A stretch of DNA of 40,467 bases from NCBI GenBank assembly GCA_947628015.1, contig CANQYG010000001.1:1-40467 (forward strand), read 5' to 3'. The position numbers and the translations under genes are program-made. The first letter of the stretch is position 1. Each line of letters begins with the position of its first letter. This stretch comes from an uncultured Clostridia bacterium. GTDB lineage: Bacteria; Bacillota; Clostridia; TANB77; CAG-508. This document shows, one piece after another, positions 24,677 through 34,655 of the stretch. The notes beneath the pieces are model-generated. The model saw only the letters and a list, made by a program, of their open reading frames with translations. It was not told the DNA's origin and made no database searches.

Positions 24677-26935
24677 TTATAAAGTATCAATATAATTTTC
24701 TATATCTATTACTTTCGTTCCATCCTCTTCTGTAACATCGTATATTGAATCAAATAGTTTTTCATTTCTTTCTTCTAATTCATTTACTAAATTTATTTCA
24801 CTAGAAAATCTATTTCCATTAACATTGAATCTTACAGTATCTTGTATAGTAGATGCAAATAGTTTCATATTCTTTTCTCTATCTACGCCATATCTATTAT
24901 TTTTTAAATTTTTTCGAGCTTGCTTTATTATTTCATTTTTTTGCGTTTCACCTAATTTACTACCTCTATCAATTATTCCTACTATATATTTTACCATTTC
25001 TTCTTGAGTATTTTCATCAATACTAGCTATATCCATATTTATATTGCCAACATCTGACATATAATTTGTCATATACTTATTAACTCTTTTAACATCTGAC
25101 ATATAAGTTGCTTTCAATACCATTTTTGCTTCTGTTTTTGTAATATCATCAAATTGATTTAAATGATTTTCTAATTTGTCCATTGTTTCATTTACTTCAA
25201 GCATAGTTGCCATTGCATTATCAATTTTCTTATTCTTCTTTTTATTTGATATTTCTTGCTCTGTTCTATTAATGTATTGTCCTAATGTTACTTTATTTAA
25301 AGCTCTCTCAGCAAAAGTATATTTTCGTGTTTTTTGTGCTTTTGCATTTTCTTTTAAGTTTCCTATTCCTGAAGAAAATAATCCTATTCCAACTGATGGA
25401 TCTAATACCATTACAGGAATAGCAAGTACAACACTTCCAACTCCTTTTACGTTGTTTTTTATAAATTTATAATTACTTTTAAATACAGCTCTTTTTTGTT
25501 CTTTCTTTAGTTTTAGTGTTTGTTTTGCTACCATTCCAGCTGAGCCTTGTCTTCTTGATGCTTTTTTTAGATGTAATGTTCTATTAGCTGAATCTATTCT
25601 TTTTATAGCTACACCTTTTATTTTCGTTTTTGCTCTTCCAACTATTCCACTATTTCTTCTAGTATTTTCTCCTTCGGTCGTTCTTCTATTTCTTCTTTCG
25701 TTACGCCTATTTTCTCCATTATTTTCTGTATTTCTTTCTTCATTTGTTTTATTATTTTCATTATCATTTCTCTCTTCATTGTCTTGTTCATTTCTGTTTA
25801 AACGTTCTTCTAATATACCATTTACTGCTAAAATAGAATTGTCTATTGTATTTCCAACTCTATTTCTAACATTTCTTGTATGTCTTTCTATGCCCCTTAA
25901 TGATGGAGAGTATGAAAGAGTTTTTACTTTATGTCCAACATATTTTCCAACACTTTCAGCAAGTTTTACTGTACCATAAGCATAATATACTCCGGCTAAG
26001 CTTTCTTCCTTCTTAAATGGTTTTTCTATATCTTGAACATATCCATCAAATTTGAATATTCTTAATGCTATTTTATCTGCACTTAGCATAAAGTTTAAGA
26101 ATATTAATGAGATGATAAATCCTGTAATATTTACTGTTGATACATCTAAAGATATACCTACTATACTCGTATATAGTAGTGCATGAACTGCTTGTATTAA
26201 AACATTTGCACTAAATTGATATAACCATTCAGCAAATACTCTACTCCTTTTTCCACTTGCGCTATCAAATGCATATTTAGCTGATATAATTGGTGCTAAT
26301 ACAATTAATATTAATACTGTAAATGTACGTTTTATATACACCCAAACAAATCTAATAAATATAAATATCATTGTTATATACATAAACATTCCTGTAATTC
26401 CAATTGAAAATCTTAAGTCATAGGCTCTTGTTCTTATTGTTTCATACATTTGACTTTCTGCTGAAGTTCCATTACTAAATAAACCTACAAGCAAATCATT
26501 AAGATTAAGGACTATAACCATTACATAGTTTATTGTAAATAATACTATTATACTTTTTAACCATCCAATTAAAAATTCTTTATATTTTGCTCTGTCAGAT
26601 GCAACTGTTGCTATTGCCATCCTTATACCTGTATAAATTAATAATACTCCTAAAAATACTGCCACAGCATTTCTTATAGCTACATACCACGTTGCAACGA
26701 TTGTTCTTATAGTGCTTACTACTGAATTTTCTTCTATATCTTGTCCACCTGCTTTATCAGAAAAAACATTTATATCAAATATTGGCACTCTATTATAAAC
26801 TACATCTTCTATTGTATATATTTTTTCCTCCTCGTCATCAGGAATTTCTGCAACTGCTTTATTTTGTGGGAAAATAACCATAAAAAACACAATTACTAAT
26901 ACTATGTATAAGAATTTTTGTATTATATTTTTCAT
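24677..26935 (-). CDS. VirB6/TrbL-like polytopic membrane protein with long Arg/Asn/Glu-rich cytoplasmic extension
   Basis: 752 aa with a signal peptide, PIFDINVFSD and STIRTIVATWYVAIRNAVAVFLGVLLIYTGIRMAIATVASDRAKYK. It has multiple TM helices, then a low-complexity stretch NRNEQDNEERNDNENNKTNEERNTENNGENRRNERRNRR and a helical tail. Confidence 0.7.
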   Translation of the reverse strand: MKNIIQKFLYIVLVIVFFMVIFPQNKAVAEIPDDEEEKIYTIEDVVYNRVPIFDINVFSDKAGGQDIEENSVVSTIRTIVATWYVAIRNAVAVFLGVLLIYTGIRMAIATVASDRAKYKEFLIGWLKSIIVLFTINYVMVIVLNLNDLLVGLFSNGTSAESQMYETIRTRAYDLRFSIGITGMFMYITMIFIFIRFVWVYIKRTFTVLILIVLAPIISAKYAFDSASGKRSRVFAEWLYQFSANVLIQAVHALLYTSIVGISLDVSTVNITGFIISLIFLNFMLSADKIALRIFKFDGYVQDIEKPFKKEESLAGVYYAYGTVKLAESVGKYVGHKVKTLSYSPSLRGIERHTRNVRNRVGNTIDNSILAVNGILEERLNRNEQDNEERNDNENNKTNEERNTENNGENRRNERRNRRTTEGENTRRNSGIVGRAKTKIKGVAIKRIDSANRTLHLKKASRRQGSAGMVAKQTLKLKKEQKRAVFKSNYKFIKNNVKGVGSVVLAIPVMVLDPSVGIGLFSSGIGNLKENAKAQKTRKYTFAERALNKVTLGQYINRTEQEISNKKKNKKIDNAMATMLEVNETMDKLENHLNQFDDITKTEAKMVLKATYMSDVKRVNKYMTNYMSDVGNINMDIASIDENTQEEMVKYIVGIIDRGSKLGETQKNEIIKQARKNLKNNRYGVDREKNMKLFASTIQDTVRFNVNGNRFSSEINLVNELEERNEKLFDSIYDVTEEDGTKVIDIENYIDTL

Positions 26936-26963
26936 AGTTTTCTCCCCTTTCTTTCTATATCTT

Positions 26964-27809
26964 TTAGTTCAATGCGTTTAATATATCATTTATCCAACCT
27001 TCAATTATGGCTGTCCAACCTACTATAGCTCCTTTTAATCCTTGAACCATTATTCCTAAAATGTAATCAACAAATTGTGAAAATTTTGAAAATAGCCATT
27101 CTGCATTTTTACTAACTCCGTTATATTCCATTTTTTCTGGATTTCCTGCAAAATCAAATTCAAGTGAATCTAAATCAAGTGGATTATCGTCAGTATTATC
27201 AATATCTCCCATTGGCTTAAACCCACTTAATGTATATCCTCCTGCTACATAGCCTCCATCTAATATATTTCCATTATTATGTGGATCTGGATAAGTAGAT
27301 GGTTTTTTTTCAGTATTTGTACCATCATCTACTATTCTTCTAATAGTTTCTATTTTCGAAGTATTTACATTACTTATTATCGTTCCTATCTTTTTTCCTG
27401 CTGCATTTACCCATTGTCCATTTCCAGCATAAATTCCTGTATGTCTTCCAGATGCACTACCACTTGAACGAGTAATTATTACATCACCTAATTGAATTTC
27501 ACTCCACGAAACGGAAGTTCCAACATTTAACAAAGATGCTGTTCCATGAGGCAAACTTATTCCAAACTCTTTATATATTTGCATAACAAATCCTGAGCAA
27601 TCTGCTCCATTAGTTAAACTAGTGCCACCCCATACATAAGGAGTTACTCCAATCCACTGTTTTGCATATTCAACAATATCAGATTGCAGTTGACTTATTG
27701 AGGTTGCACCATAAACATTAATATTATTAGGAATCCCTGAAAAAACTACTAAACTAATAGTAATTAATATTAAGAGTATTTTGTTTGTTATGTTTTTTAG
27801 TTTTTTCAT
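26964..27809 (-). CDS. secreted NlpC/P60 (C40) peptidoglycan endopeptidase
   Basis: 281 aa with a signal peptide. YVWGGTSLTNGADCSGFVMQIY carries the catalytic Cys and GRHTGIYAGNGQWVNA the catalytic His. Confidence 0.88.
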   Translation of the reverse strand: MKKLKNITNKILLILITISLVVFSGIPNNINVYGATSISQLQSDIVEYAKQWIGVTPYVWGGTSLTNGADCSGFVMQIYKEFGISLPHGTASLLNVGTSVSWSEIQLGDVIITRSSGSASGRHTGIYAGNGQWVNAAGKKIGTIISNVNTSKIETIRRIVDDGTNTEKKPSTYPDPHNNGNILDGGYVAGGYTLSGFKPMGDIDNTDDNPLDLDSLEFDFAGNPEKMEYNGVSKNAEWLFSKFSQFVDYILGIMVQGLKGAIVGWTAIIEGWINDILNALN

Positions 27810-27887
27810 TTTTACTTCCTTTAATTTTGTATTTTTATTTGCTTATTTTTTTCAATTTTTTTATTGTCATATTTTATTGTTATTCTT

Positions 27888-29408
27888 TTAATTTGTAGAT
27901 ACCTTTACCATTGTATTGTCATAATATATTGTATTGTTTTCAACTCTATCTATAATACATTCGCCATTTACATCTACAATTTTTGCATTTTGCATTTTAT
28001 AGCAATCTACAACATAAATTCCATCATTTGCTACTCCATAAACAAATAAGTTATTTGTCAATTTATATATACCTGTTGCGTTTTGAGTTCTAATTTCAAA
28101 GTCTGGATTATTTTTGTAAATTGAGTAGAATGTATATACATTATATATTTCATTAAAATATACTGTATATTCATCACTTTGTGCAAACTTACCTTTTTCA
28201 AAATCTTCCGTATCAAATGGTTCTCTATTTAATAATTCTTCATTTGCTCTTTCTAACTCATCATAAAATACTAAATTTGTTTCTAAATTTAAGTATGTAT
28301 TTGCTGGTAATACTTTGTTATTTTCTATATCATCTATTGAAATTTCATTTGTAATATTTCCTACAAAATTATTATAAATTGTTATTCCATTTCTTTTATT
28401 TTTTCCAAATGATACTTCAAATCCTTTTAATGGATATTGTATATTTACATAGTCTGTTTCTTGTGTATATGTAGAATAATCTGGATATAATTCTGTCAAA
28501 TTTGTTAAAAATGTATTATAGTCTTTATCCTCAAATAACTTTGTAACTAAATCAGCAAATTTTTTATTTTCTTCTTCGTTATATTCATCTATTCTATATA
28601 TTGAAATTTCTCCATCTGAGAAAAATGCATATATTTTTTCTAATTTATATCCTATTACTTCCATCTCTGAACTATTTTCATAAGTAGGATTTCCTAATAC
28701 ATTTCTTACTTCTTCATTTGACATTCCTACTGTAATTCCTTGAAATACTTCACCTTGATAGTTTTTAATGAAAACAATGTTATATATTTTATTATTTATT
28801 GTCCTTACCTTATATCCATTATTCCAATATACATCATATTTTTCATAGCTTGATGTTTTCTGCCCTAAATTTGAATTTTTTCTAATCCAGTTATTATCTA
28901 TTATTGATTGCAATTCTTTTGATGTTACATTTACTTTACTGATATTATCTTCTTTCTTATTATTTAATGTGTATAAAGATTTTAGATGTTCAAAATAGTT
29001 ATTTATATCATTTATTGTATAATTAATTGTTTCATCTTCGTTGTAATTCATATATACTCTAACAATTAAATTTCTACCTTCATCAATTATTCTATAATCT
29101 TCTTGCATTTTCATACTTACTAGTCTTATGATATTTTCATACAAGTTTTGATTAGTATTGCCTTCTTCATCAATTGGATTTGTCATAAAAGATATATATA
29201 TATCTTTTGAAAATCCTTCTTCACTTGAATTTTTAGTACGTATATATTTGCATCCATAGTATTGGACTAATTCTTTTACTGAATCAAAATCATCAATAGA
29301 GTTATATTCTTTATTTTTATTTTTTAAGTAAGCAAATAAATTTCCTAATGCTATAAATAAAATTATAATTATAAGTATAATTATTATTAATTTCTTCTTT
29401 TTTTTCAT
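27888..29408 (-). CDS. membrane-anchored extracytoplasmic protein of unknown function (T4SS cluster)
   Basis: 506 aa with N-terminal TM LIIIILIIIILFIALG. No recognised motif. It is embedded between VirB6-like and NlpC/P60 genes. Confidence 0.6.
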   Translation of the reverse strand: MKKKKKLIIIILIIIILFIALGNLFAYLKNKNKEYNSIDDFDSVKELVQYYGCKYIRTKNSSEEGFSKDIYISFMTNPIDEEGNTNQNLYENIIRLVSMKMQEDYRIIDEGRNLIVRVYMNYNEDETINYTINDINNYFEHLKSLYTLNNKKEDNISKVNVTSKELQSIIDNNWIRKNSNLGQKTSSYEKYDVYWNNGYKVRTINNKIYNIVFIKNYQGEVFQGITVGMSNEEVRNVLGNPTYENSSEMEVIGYKLEKIYAFFSDGEISIYRIDEYNEEENKKFADLVTKLFEDKDYNTFLTNLTELYPDYSTYTQETDYVNIQYPLKGFEVSFGKNKRNGITIYNNFVGNITNEISIDDIENNKVLPANTYLNLETNLVFYDELERANEELLNREPFDTEDFEKGKFAQSDEYTVYFNEIYNVYTFYSIYKNNPDFEIRTQNATGIYKLTNNLFVYGVANDGIYVVDCYKMQNAKIVDVNGECIIDRVENNTIYYDNTMVKVSTN

Positions 29409-29425
29409 ATTAGTTTTCCTTTATA

Positions 29426-30592
29426 CTATCCTAATTTAGGCAATTTTGTTTCTGAAATTCCTTTTGCAAATTTAGGTTTTATCTTAAATATGTTTCTAAC
29501 TATCTTTTCACCATTTCCTAATGCTGCTAGGAATATTATTCCTAAGAAAGGTGCTTGTCTTATTATTTCTCCTGCTGAGAATATAAATACTATATATATT
29601 CCTAAATGTATAGACTGTAAAAATATTTCCATTGTAATCTCTGTAAACCAATTTTTAAAAGCTTGTGCTCTTCCATCACCTAATCTGTCTATAGGATAAG
29701 TTAAACAAACTAATGGTGCTATAACTATATAAAATCCTACTCTTAATACTCTATAAAAATACATTATAAAGAATTTCATTTCATAGTAAACTAACATACA
29801 ATACAAAATTAAATAAATAAGTGTATTTATTGCACCCTCTGCCCTATTAACATTTTCAGCTACATTATCTATTAGCTCTTCCTCTATACCAATGTTAGAG
29901 CCATTCATGTTCTGCATAGTATTTATCATTAAATCATTTATTGTTCCTGCAATATTTAATGCAATTAATACGAAAAAGTGTAATAAAAACAATAATGCTA
30001 TACTTTCAAACCAAAATACTAACATTTTTTTATATTTTGCTTTTACATCTGCAACTGTAGAAATTGCCATTCTAATTCCTATATAAATTAAAACAATAGC
30101 TATGCCTATTGCTGATATATTTCTAACTGCTACATACCAAGTTGCAACAGATTGTCTTATTATATTTATTGTTTCTGCATGATTAACATTTTCATCTGTC
30201 GTTTTAAAAAAATTTATATCAAATATCGCATATTCATTTGCTAATAACTTTTGTATTGTAAAAACTTCGTCCATATTTCCATATACAATGAGTGACATTA
30301 TATTGTTTGCAAGCATTGGAAAAATTAGCAATACAACTTTAAGGACATTTGTTATCCCATCTGGCCAAGTAGTTGGCATTTTAACTTCTTTTGAATCAGC
30401 TCCATTTTCTCCATTGGTTGTTACTGTTCCATTTTCCATAATGCTCTCTAGATTATCTGGAGACTGTCCTGCCGCTTCTTGATGCATAGTTTCTGTTTCT
30501 CCTAAATCAATAGGTGTTTCAGCTTTAGCTATGGGATTATATAAATTTAATATTATCAGTATGCTAAGAAATATTGCTATTGTTTTTTTCAT
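29426..30592 (-). CDS. VirB6/TrbL-like polytopic membrane protein (shortest paralogue)
   Basis: 388 aa with a signal peptide (AKAETPIDLG), AIFDINFFKT, NIIRQSVATWYVAVRNISAIGIAIVLIYIGIRMAISTVADVKAKYK and PLVCLTYPIDRLGDGRAQAFKNWF. At least 6 TM helices. Confidence 0.7.
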   Translation of the reverse strand: MKKTIAIFLSILIILNLYNPIAKAETPIDLGETETMHQEAAGQSPDNLESIMENGTVTTNGENGADSKEVKMPTTWPDGITNVLKVVLLIFPMLANNIMSLIVYGNMDEVFTIQKLLANEYAIFDINFFKTTDENVNHAETINIIRQSVATWYVAVRNISAIGIAIVLIYIGIRMAISTVADVKAKYKKMLVFWFESIALLFLLHFFVLIALNIAGTINDLMINTMQNMNGSNIGIEEELIDNVAENVNRAEGAINTLIYLILYCMLVYYEMKFFIMYFYRVLRVGFYIVIAPLVCLTYPIDRLGDGRAQAFKNWFTEITMEIFLQSIHLGIYIVFIFSAGEIIRQAPFLGIIFLAALGNGEKIVRNIFKIKPKFAKGISETKLPKLG

Positions 30593-30614
30593 TAAACTAC
30601 TCCCTATTTATCTA

Positions 30615-32582
30615 TTATTCTTGATTTGCCTTATTTTCTAAAATTTTATTTATATTTGTTTCAATAAACTCAAATTCCTTTTTAGTTGGTCTTATTTCAA
30701 TTATTGCAGTTTGTTCTCCAACTTTAAATAGTCCTTGTCCTCTACTGCAAGTTGTTAAAAATGATGCCTCCCCTTCACTTAACTTGAATACTTCTTTTAT
30801 GTATTGAATTTCTGATTTATCTTGTGCTAAAAATAGTTTCGTATCAGATGATGTTAAAACAGCTTGTACTTCTGATTTTTCATAGAAGTCTTGGAATCTT
30901 TGTGATACAACAGCTAAAGATACATTTCTTTTTCTGGCACGTCTAGCCATTTTATTTAAGAAATCAACTGCCTCTGGGAATGGTAATAACATCCACGCCT
31001 CATCTACCAATACTCTTTTCTTTCCAGCTTTTGATTTATCTTCACTATTTTTCTTAACATATTTTTCCCATATCCAAGTAAGTAATATCTGTTGTGCTAA
31101 AGGTCTTGCAAATCTTTCTTCTAGCCCTGATATATCAAGATTTATAAATGATGTACCATCTAATAAATCAAATGTTGATTGTCCATCAAAATATGAAAGC
31201 TGACCATTTAATTCTCTAACATATTGTCTCATTACTTTTACTAAATAACTATAATATGTTCTATAATCAGGATTTTGATTTTGGTTTGCATTATTTATTA
31301 ATCTACGATACCAAGAGCCTATTGTAGGCATTTGTTTTTTCTTTTTTCCTAAATAGTCATTTTGAATTAATCCTCTTTGGTCCATAGCATATAAACTATT
31401 TGCATCATTAGTAATTCCAAGTCCTGCATATTCTTCTGATACAGATTCAGCAATAATTTGTTTTGTAACTTCATTTACATCATCTTCTGTTCTTGTACTT
31501 CCTCTTGCCATTGTTAATAATATTTGAGTTACATCCTCTACTTTATTTTCAACATTAAGAGTTACTCTTTCTCTTCCTGTTATTTCATCTTTAGTTATTT
31601 CTGGTTCTATATCAAATGGATTTATTATTGTATTAGAATTTGGAGAAATAACAACATTTAATCCTCCAAGTGCTTCTGCAACAACTCCATATTCACCTTC
31701 AGCATCTAGTGCTAGTGTTTCGATTCCCATTAAAACTGCTGATCTTGCTATTAAAGTTTTTATAGTTACACCTTTACCAGCTCCAGACTTACCAAATACA
31801 ACCATATTGTAATTACTTAAAGTAGAACTAAAATTATCATATAATATTGGAAGACCTGTTTGTCTGTTAAATCCTATTGGAATTCCATTTTCATGTCCAA
31901 CATCTGAATTTATAAATGGAAATACTGTTCCCATAGATCTACGGTCAAATGTATGTTTTTTAGCTATCTTGTCTTCTGCAAAAGGAAGATTTGATTTAAA
32001 TGCATCTTCTTGCATTGCCCAAGCTGTCTTTACTCCTGTAAGAGTTTTAGACATTTCTGATGTTAATAACTCTGTTTGTCTATCTAGCTCTTCTAGGCTA
32101 TAAGAAAATACTGTGCAAATAATTGATGCTTCATATAATTTGTCTAATCCACTAGCTATTGCATCTCTTAATTCCTCTGCTTCAGCTCTTTTCTGTGCCA
32201 AACTACTTTCACGATTAATATTTCCCCTGTCTTCTGCAACAAGTCTTTCTGATTCTAGCTCATTAATTGTTCTATTTAATTCATTTTGTGACTTTGCCTC
32301 ACTTACTGGATTAATGAAAACTGATACATTTATATCTCCAAAAGTATACATTCCTCTTAATAGTTCAGGGAAAGTACACATTCTTGGAAGTGTAGAAACA
32401 GTTAAAGTTCTTGCATACTTTGTATTATACGAAACTATCTCTAAGTGATTTGTACTAGTTGCATCTATTCCTGATGGAGCAATTAAATCTTTTATATCTT
32501 TTTTGTTGTTGCCTAATAATGTCTCATCTTCACTTTTAATGTTTTCTTTAAAATCAATCGTTTCATTTGTTTTATTTTTCAT
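30615..32582 (-). CDS. VirB4-type T4SS ATPase (PrgJ/TcpF/Orf16-like)
   Basis: 655 aa. The N-domain LIAPSGIDATSTNHLEIVSYNTKYARTLTVSTLPRMCTFPELLRGM is typical of Gram-positive VirB4. The Walker A is FGKSGAGKGVT (Gly, not Ser/Thr, after Lys). The Walker B is RVLVDEAWMLL. Confidence 0.85.
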   Translation of the reverse strand: MKNKTNETIDFKENIKSEDETLLGNNKKDIKDLIAPSGIDATSTNHLEIVSYNTKYARTLTVSTLPRMCTFPELLRGMYTFGDINVSVFINPVSEAKSQNELNRTINELESERLVAEDRGNINRESSLAQKRAEAEELRDAIASGLDKLYEASIICTVFSYSLEELDRQTELLTSEMSKTLTGVKTAWAMQEDAFKSNLPFAEDKIAKKHTFDRRSMGTVFPFINSDVGHENGIPIGFNRQTGLPILYDNFSSTLSNYNMVVFGKSGAGKGVTIKTLIARSAVLMGIETLALDAEGEYGVVAEALGGLNVVISPNSNTIINPFDIEPEITKDEITGRERVTLNVENKVEDVTQILLTMARGSTRTEDDVNEVTKQIIAESVSEEYAGLGITNDANSLYAMDQRGLIQNDYLGKKKKQMPTIGSWYRRLINNANQNQNPDYRTYYSYLVKVMRQYVRELNGQLSYFDGQSTFDLLDGTSFINLDISGLEERFARPLAQQILLTWIWEKYVKKNSEDKSKAGKKRVLVDEAWMLLPFPEAVDFLNKMARRARKRNVSLAVVSQRFQDFYEKSEVQAVLTSSDTKLFLAQDKSEIQYIKEVFKLSEGEASFLTTCSRGQGLFKVGEQTAIIEIRPTKKEFEFIETNINKILENKANQE

Positions 32583-32604
32583 CTAATAAATTCCTCCCCA
32601 CCCG

Positions 32605-33780
32605 TTATATATTTTTTCTAATTACTCTTCTAGTTCTAGTTGCTTGATTTGGTTCTTCATCCAAATTAGCCTCTTCAACTTGCTTTTTTGTTTCATTATA
32701 TAATTGTGGACTAAGTTCATTTTTATATTCTTCTACCATTTCCATTGCTCTTTCTTTAGTTCTCTTCTTGATTTCTTCTCTTTGCTTTTGATCTGCCTTA
32801 ATAATACTTCTTGCTGCAAGTCTTGATGCATCTTCTTCTACTTGTTCTTCTATTCTTCTCTTCTTTTCTTCTAAAACATCTCTTGCAGTTGAATATAATC
32901 TATCATACTCTGAATTTAAAGCATCTCTTAAAGTATATTTTTCAGATGCATCCCTGTTATAAGCAACATATAATAATTCAGCTAGTTCTTCAGAATCAAG
33001 AACTCTTCCCGTTACTTCAGCTGATGCTAAAGCTCTTATTAAAGTTTGTGCTCTAGTATATAGTTCTGTAAATGCAATATCAGCAATTTCTTCTTTTGAA
33101 TAATTTTTTATATCTCCATATTCAGCTGTATAATATGACAAAACGATAAATGTTTTTTGTTGTAATATGTTTTGGCTACTACTTATTCTTCTTGTATATT
33201 CTTCGATAGACTCACCATATTCAAGTATATTTTCTTTTCTTTGTTTATCAAACATAAGCTTTTTAACTGCATCTTCATTTTGTCTTGATTTTGCCATTTC
33301 AATTTGAGAATTAATCCTTATAATTTGATCATTTATATCATCAATTCTCTTTTCATATTCATTTAATATACTATTTAGATTTAATGTTCTTGTTTGAACA
33401 TATAATTGAACTGGGAAATTTAATGTATTTAAGAATTCAATGAATCCCGCTTCAACTGCATTTTTTTCATCTTCTGATAATAAATCATAATTTATACCTT
33501 TGCATTGAACAACCATTACATATTGTTTTCTGTTTTTTCTTGCAATCATATTATCAGTAATTTCATCAAATTCCATAAACTTATATATTGAGTTTATGCT
33601 TTTTCCGTTTCTCGTAATTAAATTAACATTTTCCTTAGGAGCTGTTTTATTTTGAGTATCTTTAATTTCATTGTCTTTATTTCTCATCTTGAAAATAAGT
33701 AAAACTGCTATAAATCCTAATAATACTATAAGAATAAGTATTACTACTAAAACTAAATCTAAAATTTGTATGCTTGTCAT
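32605..33780 (-). CDS. membrane-anchored coiled-coil protein between the VirB3-like and VirB4 genes
   Basis: The likely start is ATG 33780 (MTSIQILDLV...) after AAGGAGG; the track starts at 33810. It has one TM, YVMVVQCKGINYDLLSEDEKNAVEAGFIEFLNTLNFPVQLYVQTRT (reminiscent of VirB4 N-domains) and a long charged helical C-terminus. No Walker motif. Confidence 0.6.
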   Translation of the reverse strand: MTSIQILDLVLVVILILIVLLGFIAVLLIFKMRNKDNEIKDTQNKTAPKENVNLITRNGKSINSIYKFMEFDEITDNMIARKNRKQYVMVVQCKGINYDLLSEDEKNAVEAGFIEFLNTLNFPVQLYVQTRTLNLNSILNEYEKRIDDINDQIIRINSQIEMAKSRQNEDAVKKLMFDKQRKENILEYGESIEEYTRRISSSQNILQQKTFIVLSYYTAEYGDIKNYSKEEIADIAFTELYTRAQTLIRALASAEVTGRVLDSEELAELLYVAYNRDASEKYTLRDALNSEYDRLYSTARDVLEEKKRRIEEQVEEDASRLAARSIIKADQKQREEIKKRTKERAMEMVEEYKNELSPQLYNETKKQVEEANLDEEPNQATRTRRVIRKNI

Positions 33781-33781
33781 A

Positions 33782-34204
33782 TTATTTTTCCTCCTTTGTG
33801 TTATTTTCACTTGTTTTATCTGTTTTGAACATATTTAATGGGGTGTTTATTGCACTATAGTCTGGTTCTTCTCTTGGAATAGCATAAGTATATACTTTTC
33901 TATTCTTTTTAAATTTTATATAATTTACAATTACAGAATCTATTGAATCTCCACCAACATTTTTTGCAATTTTACTAGTACCAGCTGTAGGAAATTTTAT
34001 TGTTCCTATTCCATATCCTATTAATGCTAGTAAAGCCATTATTATTATTCCTACCGTTTTTATGCCTAGTGCATTAAATAGTGCATAAAATAGAAATCCT
34101 ATAAGACCTCCTGAAGCAGTATAAATCAACGATTTTGTAGTAAATATATATAATATTCTACCTTCTCCTTTTAACTTATCACTTGGAATATAGTAACTTC
34201 CCAT
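33782..34204 (-). CDS. PrgI-family (VirB3-like) T4SS membrane protein
   Basis: 140 aa. MGSYYIPSDKLKGEGRILYIFTTKSLIYTASGGLIGFLFYALF plus a second TM match the PrgI pattern (Y-x-P-x-D ... T-x-x-Q/S-L, two TMs). It lies immediately upstream of the ATPase module. Confidence 0.65.
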   Translation of the reverse strand: MGSYYIPSDKLKGEGRILYIFTTKSLIYTASGGLIGFLFYALFNALGIKTVGIIIMALLALIGYGIGTIKFPTAGTSKIAKNVGGDSIDSVIVNYIKFKKNRKVYTYAIPREEPDYSAINTPLNMFKTDKTSENNTKEEK

Positions 34205-34223
34205 TATAAATCCTCCTTAGTTT

Positions 34224-34616
34224 TTAATCTAGTATATTATTAAATACCTGTATAACTAGTGCAAATATTCCTGTTGCTCCATATACTAAAACTACAGATA
34301 TTACATAGTAAATTAATTTTTGCTTTAATTGAGCTTTTTCATTTGCTCCTGCTATCATATATTTAACACCCATAATTAAACCTACAACAACTAATACAAT
34401 AGTTGCAATTCCAACTAATGTTATTCCTACTGGAACAAATGCATTTATTGCATCATCTGTAGTTATTGGTGCACCTTGACTACCTTTATCAATAAAGCCT
34501 TTTCCAGCACTAAATATATCATCTAAGCTGAAACCAAACACATTTGAGCAAGTTCCTAATAAAGTTAAAGCTATCATTGTTAAAATTAGTACTTTTCTTA
34601 CTTTAGTAAATTTCAT
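34224..34616 (-). CDS. VirB2/TrbC-like pilin paralogue 3
   Basis: 130 aa. A signal peptide is followed by two hydrophobic helices separated by the short charged loop YMIAGANEKAQLKQK. It is paralogous to the two genes upstream. Confidence 0.6.
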   Translation of the reverse strand: MKFTKVRKVLILTMIALTLLGTCSNVFGFSLDDIFSAGKGFIDKGSQGAPITTDDAINAFVPVGITLVGIATIVLVVVGLIMGVKYMIAGANEKAQLKQKLIYYVISVVLVYGATGIFALVIQVFNNILD

Positions 34617-34655
34617 TATTTCCTCCCGATATATGGATATAATAACCCATTTTTA

